DNA of 64,000 nucleotides from Thermoprotei archaeon. GTDB taxonomy: Archaea; Thermoproteota; Thermoprotei; Thermoproteales; B15-G16. The notes under the pieces are model-generated. The model was not told the origin of the DNA. It searched no databases and worked only from the letters and a program-made list of their open reading frames with translations. The position numbers were made by a program, and so were the translations under genes. Shown piece after piece: positions 9,334 through 19,308 of the stretch (its first letter is position 1; the number at the start of each line of letters is the position of its first letter). The DNA lies in the NCBI GenBank assembly GCA_003649205.1, contig QMRC01000004.1:60459-124458 (forward strand), in the 5' to 3' direction.

Positions 9334-10155
9334 ATGTGTTGTGTGATGGTTGATGTTGTTTTGCTTACGAAGAATTCTCTATCTAGTGTTGGTGAGCGTA
9401 TTCTGAAGCTTTGTTTACGTTCTCTGTACCTAAATGTTCCTGTTCATAGGTTAATTGTTGTTGATGGTGGATCTACTGATGGTACTGTTGAGTTCGTATC
9501 TAGGTACCCTAGGGTTGAGGTTGTCTATGACTACGGTACTAGGGCTACAGCTAGGTGCTTGGGTCTAAGGTTGTGTGATTGTGAGTACGTTCTTTTTCTT
9601 GACTGCGATGTGGTGTTGTGTAGGGATTGGTTTCGTAGAGCTTTTCGCTACTTCTCTAATTCTCGTGTTGGTGCTGTTGAGGGTTATCCACTACACATCG
9701 TTTCGAGTGGTGAGTATAGATTTGCTGTTGCTAGGTCTAGGTTCAGAGGTATTTTCCGTAGTGAGTTGGTAGAGGGTAAGAGGGCGTTTACAGGGGATAC
9801 CCTGATTAGGAAGGTTGCTGTTGAGGGTATCTCTATTCCGAGCTATCTCCACGTATATGAGGATGAGTACATTAGGTGCTGGGTTGAGTCGAGAGGCTTC
9901 CTCTGGTTGAAGGTTCGTGACCCATATTGCTACCACTTTACACAGTACTATCGACCCATAGATGGCTACTACTCAGGTTACGTACTAGCTAAGAGACGTG
10001 GGGTAAGTGCGATATCACTTTTAAGAAGTACTGTACTCGACATACTACTCTCACCAGCAGCTCTTAGTCTAAGGGATATGAGTAGGATTCTACGGTACGA
10101 TATTGAGAAGCTTCGTGGCGTTCTCTACGCTAAACTTAAAGAGCGTAGTAGCTAG
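9334..10155 (+). CDS. glycosyltransferase family 2
   Basis: IVVDGGSTDGT, LFLDCD, YED. Confidence 0.9.
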   Translation: MCCVMVDVVLLTKNSLSSVGERILKLCLRSLYLNVPVHRLIVVDGGSTDGTVEFVSRYPRVEVVYDYGTRATARCLGLRLCDCEYVLFLDCDVVLCRDWFRRAFRYFSNSRVGAVEGYPLHIVSSGEYRFAVARSRFRGIFRSELVEGKRAFTGDTLIRKVAVEGISIPSYLHVYEDEYIRCWVESRGFLWLKVRDPYCYHFTQYYRPIDGYYSGYVLAKRRGVSAISLLRSTVLDILLSPAALSLRDMSRILRYDIEKLRGVLYAKLKERSS

Positions 10156-10160
10156 GTTCT

Positions 10161-10221
10161 CTCAGTGATGAGAAGAGGGTCAACAGATGAGGTAAGTGAA
10201 GAGAACTTACCAGACTGATTA
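10161..10221 (+). ncRNA. box C/D guide sRNA
   Basis: GTGATGA-gaagagggtcaa-CAGA..GTGAAGA-gaacttaccaga-CTGA. Guides are complementary to 23S TGACCCTCTT and GGTAAGTTC (helix 69-71 region). Confidence 0.8.
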
Positions 10222-11382
10222 CAGCTCAGTAACCTCCATCTCTCGTACGAGAAGCTCAACCAAGTTCTCAATACCAAAGTCCTCAAGTACTTTACGATCC
10301 TTCTCCTTAGCGTGTGTAATGGGGTACTTAGGAACAAGCTTACAAGCAATCACATCCCTAGCGGCTATATCGTAGACACCAATCCTACGTGCCAGTGCGC
10401 CAATCTCATTCTTATCCATAGCCACTACAGGTCTTATAACTGGCATTCGTATACTTGTAGATAGGAAGTAAAGGTTATCGAGGGTTTGTGAAGCTACTTG
10501 ACCAATGCTCTCTCCGGTAACGATAGCTTTAGCTCTCTCACGTCTAGCTACTTCCTCAGCTACTCTATACATGAGTACCTTACACAGTAAGCACCTGTAC
10601 CTACCTGCATTCGGTACTTTCTCATGTGCTCTACCCAGAGGAACTACGTAGAGTCTCCACCTATCTTGAGGAACCCATTCACGCAACCACTGAAGCACTC
10701 TCCTCGCTCGCTCTCTAGCTTCTTCACTAGTGTATGGAGTGAGATCACAGTAGATAGGTATAACCTCACAACCTCTCTTCATGACTAACCACGTTGCAAC
10801 TGCACTATCGACACCACCTGAAATCAATGACACAACCCTACCCTCAACACCATACGGTAAACCACCGGGCCCCTCATGGAAGTCCTTAAATACATAGGCA
10901 TACCTATCCCTGATCTCGACATAAATCGTGACATCAGGTCTCTCTAGATCAACCTTAAGACCCTTAACGTAGCTGAGTACATCACTACCCAAGATCTTCT
11001 TCAACTCAAGACTAGTGTACGGAAACCTCTTATTAGCTCTATTCACCTCAATAGCAAATCTCATACCAGGAGCTAAAACTGTCTGAGCTAACTTGATGAC
11101 GGTATCACGTATGCTATCTAGAGACAGATCAGTTCTCACAGCGGGACTAACCGAAGTCACACCAAAACATCTACATGCAACCCTACAAACATCATCTACA
11201 TGAGGTGTATAGATGATAATTCTCCCCCACTCACGATCTAGGACAGTACTCCCAATACCACACCTCTTGAGCATATGCAGTAGGTTGTCAATTAGCTTAT
11301 CTTCCATCCTCCTCCTAACTACAGGTGACTTAACTGCAATTTCACCAAATCTCACTAAAACAGTATCGAACCTAAGAGTCAC
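10219..11382 (-). CDS. thiI: tRNA 4-thiouridine synthase ThiI (THUMP + PP-loop, no rhodanese domain)
   Basis: VRFGEIAVKS, GPGGLPYG, LISGGVDS, TGESIGQVASQTL. Confidence 0.95.
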   Translation of the reverse strand: MTLRFDTVLVRFGEIAVKSPVVRRRMEDKLIDNLLHMLKRCGIGSTVLDREWGRIIIYTPHVDDVCRVACRCFGVTSVSPAVRTDLSLDSIRDTVIKLAQTVLAPGMRFAIEVNRANKRFPYTSLELKKILGSDVLSYVKGLKVDLERPDVTIYVEIRDRYAYVFKDFHEGPGGLPYGVEGRVVSLISGGVDSAVATWLVMKRGCEVIPIYCDLTPYTSEEARERARRVLQWLREWVPQDRWRLYVVPLGRAHEKVPNAGRYRCLLCKVLMYRVAEEVARRERAKAIVTGESIGQVASQTLDNLYFLSTSIRMPVIRPVVAMDKNEIGALARRIGVYDIAARDVIACKLVPKYPITHAKEKDRKVLEDFGIENLVELLVREMEVTEL

Positions 11383-11419
11383 AGAAAAACACCATCCACG
11401 AACTTAGGTATTTTTCAAA

Positions 11420-12223
11420 TCACTTCCTACTCTGTAGATCCTCTATAATTACCTCAGCTACCTTCCTACCTGATAGCAGCATACCACCGAATATCGGCCC
11501 CATCCTAGGTAAGCCATATAGCGTCGCAACAGCCATACCAGTTACGTAGAGACCAGGACACACTCTACCAGTGTACTCTACAACGAGCTTCTCAGCAACA
11601 GGTACATTCATTGATGAAAAGCCTTTTAACTCTAGCCTTAGCTTTGGTAACTTCTTCTTCGCTATAGCAATTACCTCAGCATCGTGACCAGTAGCATCTA
11701 CGACAGCACTTGATACTATACCAATTGGATCTACATGAAGACCTGATAGCTGTACAGCAGACCACTGGGCAACAACACCACACACCTTAATCTCATCGCC
11801 CTCCTCCCTATACACGAGATCCTCAACAGATACACCGAGTATGATCCTAGCTCCTGCATCTATAGCTGAAGCAGCTAGCTTAGCGATCATCTCAGCTGGA
11901 TCAACTACGTAAACTCCATCCTCAACCTCACTCAATCTACACCCAATCTCTCTCAAGATGCTGTCAGCAGGTGACTCAACAACGATCCTTGGGAACAGCA
12001 TACCTCCCCCACCAATACCACCGCCAAAGCTTAATCTCCTCTCAAACACTACAGTCTTTAGACCAGCCTTAGCTAGGTACCTAGCAGCGGTCAATCCTGA
12101 AGGTCCTGCACCAACTATAACAACGTCAACATCACTACACTCATAAAGAAGCTCTAGAGCTGACTTCAGTATGTGTCTAGTTACAGCTAACTCACTTACC
12201 TCCCTAATACTCATACCCAGCAC
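11420..12223 (-). CDS. thi4: sulfide-dependent thiazole synthase Thi4
   Basis: [25 protein letters not shown] (His variant), [14 protein letters not shown]. Confidence 0.95.
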   Translation of the reverse strand: MLGMSIREVSELAVTRHILKSALELLYECSDVDVVIVGAGPSGLTAARYLAKAGLKTVVFERRLSFGGGIGGGGMLFPRIVVESPADSILREIGCRLSEVEDGVYVVDPAEMIAKLAASAIDAGARIILGVSVEDLVYREEGDEIKVCGVVAQWSAVQLSGLHVDPIGIVSSAVVDATGHDAEVIAIAKKKLPKLRLELKGFSSMNVPVAEKLVVEYTGRVCPGLYVTGMAVATLYGLPRMGPIFGGMLLSGRKVAEVIIEDLQSRK

Positions 12224-12294
12224 CTCTCGTAAAAATGTAGGGGAAACTTTATAAGTTTTCTACAAATTGTTGAGTAAGACGTGAGTGAGAAATC

Positions 12295-12846
12295 ATGCAC
12301 AGAAAGCTAGTGCTAGATGACATCGATGAAGCACTAATCTCCGAACTCCAAAAAGATGGTAGACTGAGCCTTGTTGACCTTGGTCGTAGAGTTGGCCTTA
12401 GACACTCAAGCGTTAGATCCAGGTTAATTAAGTTAGTTAAGGAGAACCTCATAAAGGTAACAGCACTTCTCAACTACAAGAAGCTAGACCTCAAGCTAGC
12501 TCTTGTAGGTCTCTCTGTGAGAAATCTTGAGAAGAACATGAGTAAGCTACGTAATCTCTGCCAGTGTCATCACGTTGTTTACCTCTTTCAACTCGTTGGT
12601 GGCAAGTACAACGTACTTCTTCTCTTCGTGTACAGGAATGAGAGCAAGCTCAGAGCATTTATCGAGAAGAGAATTCGAACAATTCCTGATATTGATGATA
12701 TAGAGGTTACTCTAGTTGATACAGCAGTACCGATATTCCTACCAATTAGGTTGGGTGCACTAAAGGAAGCACCTATCTGTAGTCAGGAGTGCACTACCTG
12801 TGGTTTAAGAGAGGTTATCTGTACTGGCTGTGATGTAGGTAGGTGA
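12295..12846 (+). CDS. Lrp/AsnC regulator with C-terminal Cys cluster
   Basis: LDDIDEALISELQKDGRLS HTH. Tail CSQECTTC...CTGC. Confidence 0.85.
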   Translation: MHRKLVLDDIDEALISELQKDGRLSLVDLGRRVGLRHSSVRSRLIKLVKENLIKVTALLNYKKLDLKLALVGLSVRNLEKNMSKLRNLCQCHHVVYLFQLVGGKYNVLLLFVYRNESKLRAFIEKRIRTIPDIDDIEVTLVDTAVPIFLPIRLGALKEAPICSQECTTCGLREVICTGCDVGR

Positions 12847-13574
12847 TTACCTTGTTACTTGAGCTACGTAGAGTAACCGTTAGTGTGGCAGGTAGGGTAG
12901 TACTCAAGGAGATTAACATGGAGATTGGTAGAAGGGAAGTTCACGTACTGCTTGGTCCTAACGGTGCAGGTAAGTCAACTCTTCTGAAGGCTATCATGGG
13001 TTTACCTGATTATGATGTTGTTGAAGGGGAAATGTACTTTGAGGATGTAAATCTCCTCAATCTAAAACCCTATGAGAGAGCTAAGCTCGGTATTGCTCTA
13101 TCCCATCAGAATCCTCCAAAGCTAAGTATACGAACAAGCTACTTCTTCACTAAATTAATTGAGAAGTACGGTGGTAATTTCAAGGAGTTCATTGACTACT
13201 GCAGGAAGCTTAATATAGAGCACTTAATTGATAGAGAGCTCTTCAGGGGCTTTAGTGGTGGTGAGATTAAGAGAGTTGAGTTATTGACGGTGCTCAGTCA
13301 GAGACCTAAGTTAGCTCTTCTTGATGAACCAGATAGCGGAGTCGATATCGATAGTATTGTTCTCGTAGGTTCTCTAATAAACGACTTAGTTGATAGAGGA
13401 GCTAGCATCCTCCTCGTAACTCATACAGGTACCATACTCAAGTATCTCAGGAAAATCGATGTTGTTCACGTACTAATTGGTGGGAAGTTGATATACAGTG
13501 GTGATCCAGGTATACTACCTAAGCTCTTTGCTCTAGGTTATGAGAGGTTCCTCAATTACATAAGTACCTGCTAA
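12843..13574 (+). CDS. sufC: SufC-like ABC ATPase
   Basis: LGPNGAGKST, ERAKLGI, GFSGGEIKRVE, LDEPDSGVD. Confidence 0.8.
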   Translation: MITLLLELRRVTVSVAGRVVLKEINMEIGRREVHVLLGPNGAGKSTLLKAIMGLPDYDVVEGEMYFEDVNLLNLKPYERAKLGIALSHQNPPKLSIRTSYFFTKLIEKYGGNFKEFIDYCRKLNIEHLIDRELFRGFSGGEIKRVELLTVLSQRPKLALLDEPDSGVDIDSIVLVGSLINDLVDRGASILLVTHTGTILKYLRKIDVVHVLIGGKLIYSGDPGILPKLFALGYERFLNYISTC

Positions 13575-13741
13575 GTTCGTTGAAAGAGATGACCAAATGC
13601 GAGAACTAGCGAGCCCCCACAGGTACTGTACCTGTACAGCGATCAATTATCAATCTAAAATGGTTAGTACGGTCATACCTAACTAGATCGTATCGGTACT
13701 AGATGATGTCTAATTCATTAGCTGTAGATGCGACAACTATC

Positions 13742-14317
13742 TTAGGAAACTTCACTTGCTCTGGAGGTACCTAGCTCGAGAATCTTCAGAAGCTCGTGGA
13801 TACGCCTAGCAAGCTTCTCGAGATCTCTCATACCCTCAACATCATTTAGGACCTCTCCACTCTCAAATGCGTATAGGCAGACCCCTCTGAAACCAACTAT
13901 CATCTCGTGCTTTAGGAAGAATGAGATTACGGTGTTCACAGCTTGTTCATGTCCATACCTTCTACCTATAGCAACGACACCACCTACCTTATTCCTCAGC
14001 CTCCCTCTCAAACACCATGTCCTATCGATGAACGCTTTAAGGATAGAGGGTACGCTATTGAAGTACACTGGAGTAGCTATGACTATCGCTTTAGTGCGAA
14101 GGAGGTAATCTACGAGGATCCTCATATCGTCCTCAATGATACAGAACTCCTTCCTCAAACACTCTCTACATCCCCTACATGGCTGTATCCTGAAGCTCCT
14201 CAACATAACTGTAACAGGGTTCAGACCTAGTTCGCTAAACCTCTTCGTAAGGTATTCACATACGAGATCTGTATTCCCTCCAGGTCTAGGACTTGCACCT
14301 ACTACGAGTACGTCCAT
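13742..14317 (-). CDS. iron-sulfur flavoprotein / NADPH-dependent FMN reductase family
   Basis: ASPRPGGNT, CRGCRECLRKEFCIIEDD, ATPVYF, KAFIDR. Confidence 0.9.
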   Translation of the reverse strand: MDVLVVGASPRPGGNTDLVCEYLTKRFSELGLNPVTVMLRSFRIQPCRGCRECLRKEFCIIEDDMRILVDYLLRTKAIVIATPVYFNSVPSILKAFIDRTWCLRGRLRNKVGGVVAIGRRYGHEQAVNTVISFFLKHEMIVGFRGVCLYAFESGEVLNDVEGMRDLEKLARRIHELLKILELGTSRASEVS

Positions 14318-14349
14318 AGCCTATCACCAGTAAGACATAGATGTTACTT

Positions 14350-14580
14350 GGTGGAAACGTTTAACGGTTGAAGCTAAGCTCTTCTCAGCTAGGTGTAGTG
14401 TATGTAGAGCTTGCCACGCATGGAAAATGTATTATTGAGGGATCACTTACGATGCTGATGAGAATTCACCTGTCTTCACTACGTAGCTATAGACTTGTTC
14501 AATACTGTTGTTGCATCGTATAGCTGTGCTCTATCGGATGGGTGGAGAGGATATTGTTGTTAGGCTTGAGAACTACATAA
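14350..14580 (+). pseudogene. degraded remnant of a second iron-sulfur flavoprotein
   Basis: Frameshifted fragments CSVCRAC, GKCIIE, YDAD..SPVF and GGED appear in the family's order. Confidence 0.4.
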
Positions 14581-14657
14581 AGCTTTTAGAAGGAAAAGGG
14601 GTCTAGCTAAGTTTGTGAGTTTTTATTACTGGGCTCTCTAATTCTAATTCCTTGATC

Positions 14658-14714
14658 TAGGTGATGAGCTAGGGGTGTAACCGATCTGGTGATGTGAGGT
14701 AGTCTCGCTGAGGT
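14658..14714 (+). ncRNA. box C/D guide sRNA
   Basis: GTGATGA-gctaggggtgtaa-CCGA..GTGATGT-gaggtagtctcg-CTGA. Confidence 0.7.
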
Positions 14715-14715
14715 A

Positions 14716-15888
14716 TTGACCATGGGTAGGGTAGCTGTTGTACACCATAGATTGCAGGCACGTGGTGGAGGTGAGTTCCTAGCTGTAGCAACAATAAATG
14801 CACTCAAGAAGGCAGGTCATGAAGTATGGTTAATCAGTAACGATAGGTCTATCGATGAGGTAAATAGGTCTATTCAGGTAGCGTACGGTAGGAGTATTGA
14901 AGTTGATAGACATATCAAACCTCTCTACGGTCTCTTGAGCAGAGTGAAGAAGTTCTCACTATATCAGAGGATTCCTGTTCTCATAACAGCGAGAAACCTT
15001 CTTAAGAAAGGCCTTGTTGACCTAGTGATTAATGTTCATGGCGACATGGTACCCATATCCATGCCAGGTAAGTACATACTGTACTGTCACTACCCAACAA
15101 TAGTTGCTATACACGAGAGTCCAAGGTATCGGAGATTCCCTCTAAACATCTACGTGAAACCGTACCTATACCTACTCAAGAAGTGGAAACCAAGAAATGA
15201 GGTGGTGCTCTGCAATTCGAACTTCAGTAAGAAGGTCATAAAGCAGATTTGGGGTATTGATGCTAAGGTACTTTACCCACCTGTTCCCATAGATGACTTC
15301 TCGAGAGCTAGCTCACGTACTGATAGAGAACCCCTAGTGTGTTCACTTGGGAGATTTACTCGTGAGAAGAGGTATGAGGTAGTAATCAAGGCCTTGCCTA
15401 AGGTGATTAGCGAGGTACCAGAAGCTAGGTTGGTGCTCATTGGATCGGCACAAGCTGTTGACTCTCGTAGGTACTTAGCTGAACTTCGTCACCTAGCTGA
15501 GAAACTTGGTGTCAGTAAATTTGTTGAGTTCAGAGTAGATGCTCCATTTCGCGAAGTAGTTGATTTACTGGGTAGGTCTATGGTGTATGTACACGCTATG
15601 GTGAATGAGCACTTCGGTATATCAATTGTCGAGGCTATGGCTGCTGGTTGTGTACCTGTTGTTCACGCATCTGGTGGTCCTTACGAGGATATTGTGGAGT
15701 ACGGTAAGTGGGGTCTCTACTTCAGGAATGTTGATGAGTTGTCTGAACAGATTATCAAGCTCTTAACCAATAGAGATCTGTGGTTGAAGTATCACAATCT
15801 AGCTATAGAGCGTAGTAAGTGCTTCAGTGAAGAAAAGTTCATGACCGCTATTGTCGAGATTTCTGAGCAGCTACTCTACGGGGCTTGA
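14716..15888 (+). CDS. glycosyltransferase family 4 (ALG11-like)
   Basis: GGGE, YCHYP, CNSNFS, LYPP, GRFTREK, EHFGISIVEAMAAG. Confidence 0.92.
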   Translation: MTMGRVAVVHHRLQARGGGEFLAVATINALKKAGHEVWLISNDRSIDEVNRSIQVAYGRSIEVDRHIKPLYGLLSRVKKFSLYQRIPVLITARNLLKKGLVDLVINVHGDMVPISMPGKYILYCHYPTIVAIHESPRYRRFPLNIYVKPYLYLLKKWKPRNEVVLCNSNFSKKVIKQIWGIDAKVLYPPVPIDDFSRASSRTDREPLVCSLGRFTREKRYEVVIKALPKVISEVPEARLVLIGSAQAVDSRRYLAELRHLAEKLGVSKFVEFRVDAPFREVVDLLGRSMVYVHAMVNEHFGISIVEAMAAGCVPVVHASGGPYEDIVEYGKWGLYFRNVDELSEQIIKLLTNRDLWLKYHNLAIERSKCFSEEKFMTAIVEISEQLLYGA

Positions 15889-16783
15889 GTAGTGTACTGG
15901 TTAGTAAGCTACATAATCTACGTTGAACTGTAGGGAAGGGATCTAAGGTCTCAAGGACATAAGCTCCAAGAAGTTTACTAAGTCTAAGGTATTCTCTTCT
16001 AGCTAACTTGTAGTACCATAGAGGATGCTCCTTCCTCCTCTCGTATGATACCTCTGGAGGCACGTCGAATACGATGACTAGACTTGGCTTAGGAACTACG
16101 TAGTAGTATAGGTACTCTAGGAATTTTGGTACAGGGTAACCAAGGCACTTGAACCTAATGAAGTAGTCGTAGAAGTACCTATCAGCTATTACCCATCTAC
16201 CTCTAAGGAAGTTGAGTATGAGCTTACTACATATGTAGAGTACTAGGTCTACGTACTGAATGAATGGTCTTAATCTAGGTAATATGTGTCTCCTAATGTG
16301 TTGACGGAATTCAGGTGTATAGGTCATTACTTCACTTGGTCTTACCTCGACGACCTTACTCTTTAATTTTGAGAGTAGGGTTGTGAGTGGGTGTCTGAAG
16401 AAGTGTATGTGAATAGCGTCTATACCTAACTCCCTTAACCATTTAGCTGTCTCAATAGCGTGTGTAGATTTTCCAGAACCATCACATCCTGTGAATACGA
16501 TGAATCTCCATCTCCATATCTTCCTCAGGTACTCATCATTTAGCAAGATAGCAACGACAGCTAGTATGAGAGCGTATGCCATCTCTAGCAGTGGTATGGG
16601 TACTAGCAATGATATGCGAAAGGTATTTGCTCTATCTCTAGTCACATAGTAGAATACCGCTACTACCCCAGTGGCGATTACTAAGGTGACAATAGGTCCA
16701 AGTACTAGTCTCAGAAGTAGGTAAAGTGCGGTGAGTGTAAGTAGCAGTATCTTCATCTTCATGTAGCTCAACTCACTATACAC
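15848..16783 (-). CDS. thymidylate-kinase-like P-loop protein with N-terminal membrane segment
   Basis: Hydrophobic residues 10-80, then FTGCDGSGKST, IADRYFYD and PKPSLVIVFDVPPEVSYERR. Confidence 0.75.
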   Translation of the reverse strand: MYSELSYMKMKILLLTLTALYLLLRLVLGPIVTLVIATGVVAVFYYVTRDRANTFRISLLVPIPLLEMAYALILAVVAILLNDEYLRKIWRWRFIVFTGCDGSGKSTHAIETAKWLRELGIDAIHIHFFRHPLTTLLSKLKSKVVEVRPSEVMTYTPEFRQHIRRHILPRLRPFIQYVDLVLYICSKLILNFLRGRWVIADRYFYDYFIRFKCLGYPVPKFLEYLYYYVVPKPSLVIVFDVPPEVSYERRKEHPLWYYKLARREYLRLSKLLGAYVLETLDPFPTVQRRLCSLLTSTLLKPRRVAAQKSRQ

Positions 16784-16894
16784 TACGACAGGTAACTAGC
16801 TAAATCAATTCCTCCAATCCTCACCTAACTCGAGCTACTTGGTACTGAAGTAAATGAAGAGTAAGAGCTAAAGTCACTGATTGAGTTTTACTAG

Positions 16895-17659
16895 GTGGGA
16901 TTGTACTTGTCCCTACTTGAGTACCTTGGTGGTGCTGAGAGGATTAAGAAGTACGAGGTGTATACTGAGCCAGAGCTAGAGTTTGTAGCTAAGTTCCTGA
17001 ATACCTACAGGAGTACATACGTGATAGTTCTGTTTCTAGCATGTGAGGTGAATTACGAAGGTAGAGCAAGGGCATCACTCTCCTATGGTGATAGGTTGCT
17101 GATAACCAAGCCAGATGGTACATTACTCATCCATGAGAATAGAAAGAGAGAACCAACTATATGGAACCCACCAGGTTCAACACTTTACGCTACGGTTGAT
17201 AACAATATATTGGTGATCAAGAGTATACGTAGGAACCCACCAGAGACTGTAGTTGTTGAGTCACCCTGTGTGTACCTACTGCTTGGTGCTAGGTGTGTAG
17301 CGGGTGAGTTTAAGCTGTGGGGTTCTGAGAAGGATATGGTTGAGTACGTGTTTAGAAATCCATCTCTCATAGAGGAGGGGTTCAGACCACTTCACCGTGA
17401 GTTAAAGACCTTAGTTGGTGAGATAGATCTCGTAGGTGTGGATGCGAGAGGTAATCTAGTTGTGCTAGAGTTCAAGAGGAGTACAGCAGGACCTGAAGCA
17501 GCACACCAACTTCAACGCTATGTTGAGTACATTAAGCACGAACGTGGGGTAGAGAATGTGAGGGGTATTCTCGTTGCACCATCGATAACTCCTTCAGCAT
17601 ACAGACTACTGACTAAGTACGGTCTAGAGTACAGGAAATTGGAACCACCTAGGCACTAG
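16895..17659 (+). CDS. nucS: endonuclease NucS/EndoMS
   Basis: CEVNYEGRA, KPDGTLLIH, WNPPG, GEIDL...VVLEFKR, QLQRY. Confidence 0.95.
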   Translation: MGLYLSLLEYLGGAERIKKYEVYTEPELEFVAKFLNTYRSTYVIVLFLACEVNYEGRARASLSYGDRLLITKPDGTLLIHENRKREPTIWNPPGSTLYATVDNNILVIKSIRRNPPETVVVESPCVYLLLGARCVAGEFKLWGSEKDMVEYVFRNPSLIEEGFRPLHRELKTLVGEIDLVGVDARGNLVVLEFKRSTAGPEAAHQLQRYVEYIKHERGVENVRGILVAPSITPSAYRLLTKYGLEYRKLEPPRH

Positions 17660-17717
17660 CTAGCAAACCAGAGAAATCCTTATTTAATCAGTGATGTATC
17701 TGTGTGCGGTGCAGTAA

Positions 17718-19088
17718 ATGTCACAAGAGATATACGACGTAATCATAGTTGGTGCTGGTCTCTCCGGTTGCTACTTAGGTAAGTTAGTTGCTGAGAAGGG
17801 GTTCAACGTACTAATTATTGAGAGGCTTTCACGTGAGAGAATTGGGGATAAGGTCTGTGGTGATGGTATTGGTCTCCATCACTTCAAGAGATTAGGTATA
17901 CCTGAACCTACAGGTCCTGAACTCTGTATGAAGATAACTAAGTCAAGGGTCTATGCACCAGATGAGAAGTCGTTTATAGATGTTGAGGGTGAGGGGTTCA
18001 CAGTAAATCGCCTTTACCTTGGTCAGCGATTTCTGAGGGAAGCTGAGAAAGCGGGTGCTAAGTTACTCGATCAGCATCAAGCATATGCGCCGATTATTGA
18101 GGGTGACCAAGTAGTTGGCGTTAAGGTTCTCGACCTGAGAACAGGTTCTAGACGTGAGTTCAGGTGTCGTGTACTCGTTGATGCTAGTGGTGTCATTCCT
18201 GCAATTAGGTTAAAGCTACCACGTGAATGGTGGGTTGCTGAGGTACCTCATAGAGAGGACTACTGTATAGCATACCGTGAAATACGTGAGCTAGATGTGG
18301 AAGTAGATGACCCCTCAACCATAAGGATATACCTCAGTAGTGTGATTGCTCCTGGTGGTTACTGGTGGTTCTTCCCTAAGGGTAAGAACGTAGCTAACAT
18401 AGGTCTAGGTCTTCAGTGGAAGAGAGGTGCTCCTAATCCACTTCACCAATTCAGGAAGTATATTGAACCTAGATTTCCTGGAAGGGTAGTACATGGTGGT
18501 GGAGGAATAGTACCTACTAGGAGACCAATATGGTCATTTGTGTGGAATGGTTTTGTAGCTATTGGAGATGCTGCGTGTACAGCAAATCCAATTCACGGCG
18601 GTGGTATAGGTCCATCACTACTCTCGGCCTACTACGCAGCAGAAGCTATAGAGAAGGCTCTTGTTGAGAGACCATCAGTAGATGTCCTATGGATTCTCAA
18701 TGTTAGGTACATGAAGGACTACGGTGCCAAGCAAGCGTCATTGGATTTGCTCAGGAAATTCCTTCAGAAGCTAAGTGATGAGGAGCTAAACTTCTTGATT
18801 AAGAGTGGCGTGGTTACAGGAGCTGAAGTCTACGGTATGAGTTCAACCGGTACACTTACCGTGACACTAGTTAGCAGGATAATAAGCATTGTACGAGCAC
18901 TCAGGAAACCTAGCTTACTACTGAAGCTCAAGGTACTAGCTGACTACATGAGTAAGGTAAGGGAGCTGTACCTTAGATTCCCACTATCACCACGAGAATT
19001 CCCCAAGTGGAAGAGCGAGGTAGAACACATACTACTTCAAGCACACCATGACTTAGAACTTGAAACAGGCACCACACCACTAAGCTAA
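17718..19088 (+). CDS. digeranylgeranylglycerophospholipid (geranylgeranyl) reductase
   Basis: IVGAGLSG, KVCGDG, PGGYWWFFPK, GDAACTANPIHGGG. Confidence 0.92.
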   Translation: MSQEIYDVIIVGAGLSGCYLGKLVAEKGFNVLIIERLSRERIGDKVCGDGIGLHHFKRLGIPEPTGPELCMKITKSRVYAPDEKSFIDVEGEGFTVNRLYLGQRFLREAEKAGAKLLDQHQAYAPIIEGDQVVGVKVLDLRTGSRREFRCRVLVDASGVIPAIRLKLPREWWVAEVPHREDYCIAYREIRELDVEVDDPSTIRIYLSSVIAPGGYWWFFPKGKNVANIGLGLQWKRGAPNPLHQFRKYIEPRFPGRVVHGGGGIVPTRRPIWSFVWNGFVAIGDAACTANPIHGGGIGPSLLSAYYAAEAIEKALVERPSVDVLWILNVRYMKDYGAKQASLDLLRKFLQKLSDEELNFLIKSGVVTGAEVYGMSSTGTLTVTLVSRIISIVRALRKPSLLLKLKVLADYMSKVRELYLRFPLSPREFPKWKSEVEHILLQAHHDLELETGTTPLS

Positions 19089-19137
19089 GTACACTCACGT
19101 AGCAAGGATTTTTTCTCACTCCTCTAAGTGAGTGTCT

Positions 19138-19198
19138 TGAGTGATGAAGGTGCCGCAGCCACCGAGCTTGTGAGGAGCAGGCGAGGGCTAACTGACAA
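19138..19198 (+). ncRNA. box C/D guide sRNA
   Basis: GTGATGA-aggtgccgcagcca-CCGA..GTGAGGA-gcaggcgagggctaa-CTGA. Confidence 0.7.
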
Positions 19199-19237
19199 CT
19201 ATAGCAACTCAACAGCTTGGAAGCAGCTTGCTTCACT

Positions 19238-19293
19238 CAATCAGCAACGCGCACCGATCATCACTACTCAAGTGAGAGGAGGTTCATCATCTT
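19238..19293 (-). ncRNA. box C/D guide sRNA
   Basis: ATGATGA-acctcctctcac-TTGA..GTGATGA-tcggtgcgcgttg-CTGA. First guide is complementary to 16S GAGAGGAGGT. Confidence 0.8.
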
Positions 19294-19308
19294 GAGAATA
19301 CGCTACGG

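Noticed and set aside
16820-16885. CTGA..ATGAAGA..CTGA partial C/D pattern
   Set aside because: No convincing upstream C box.
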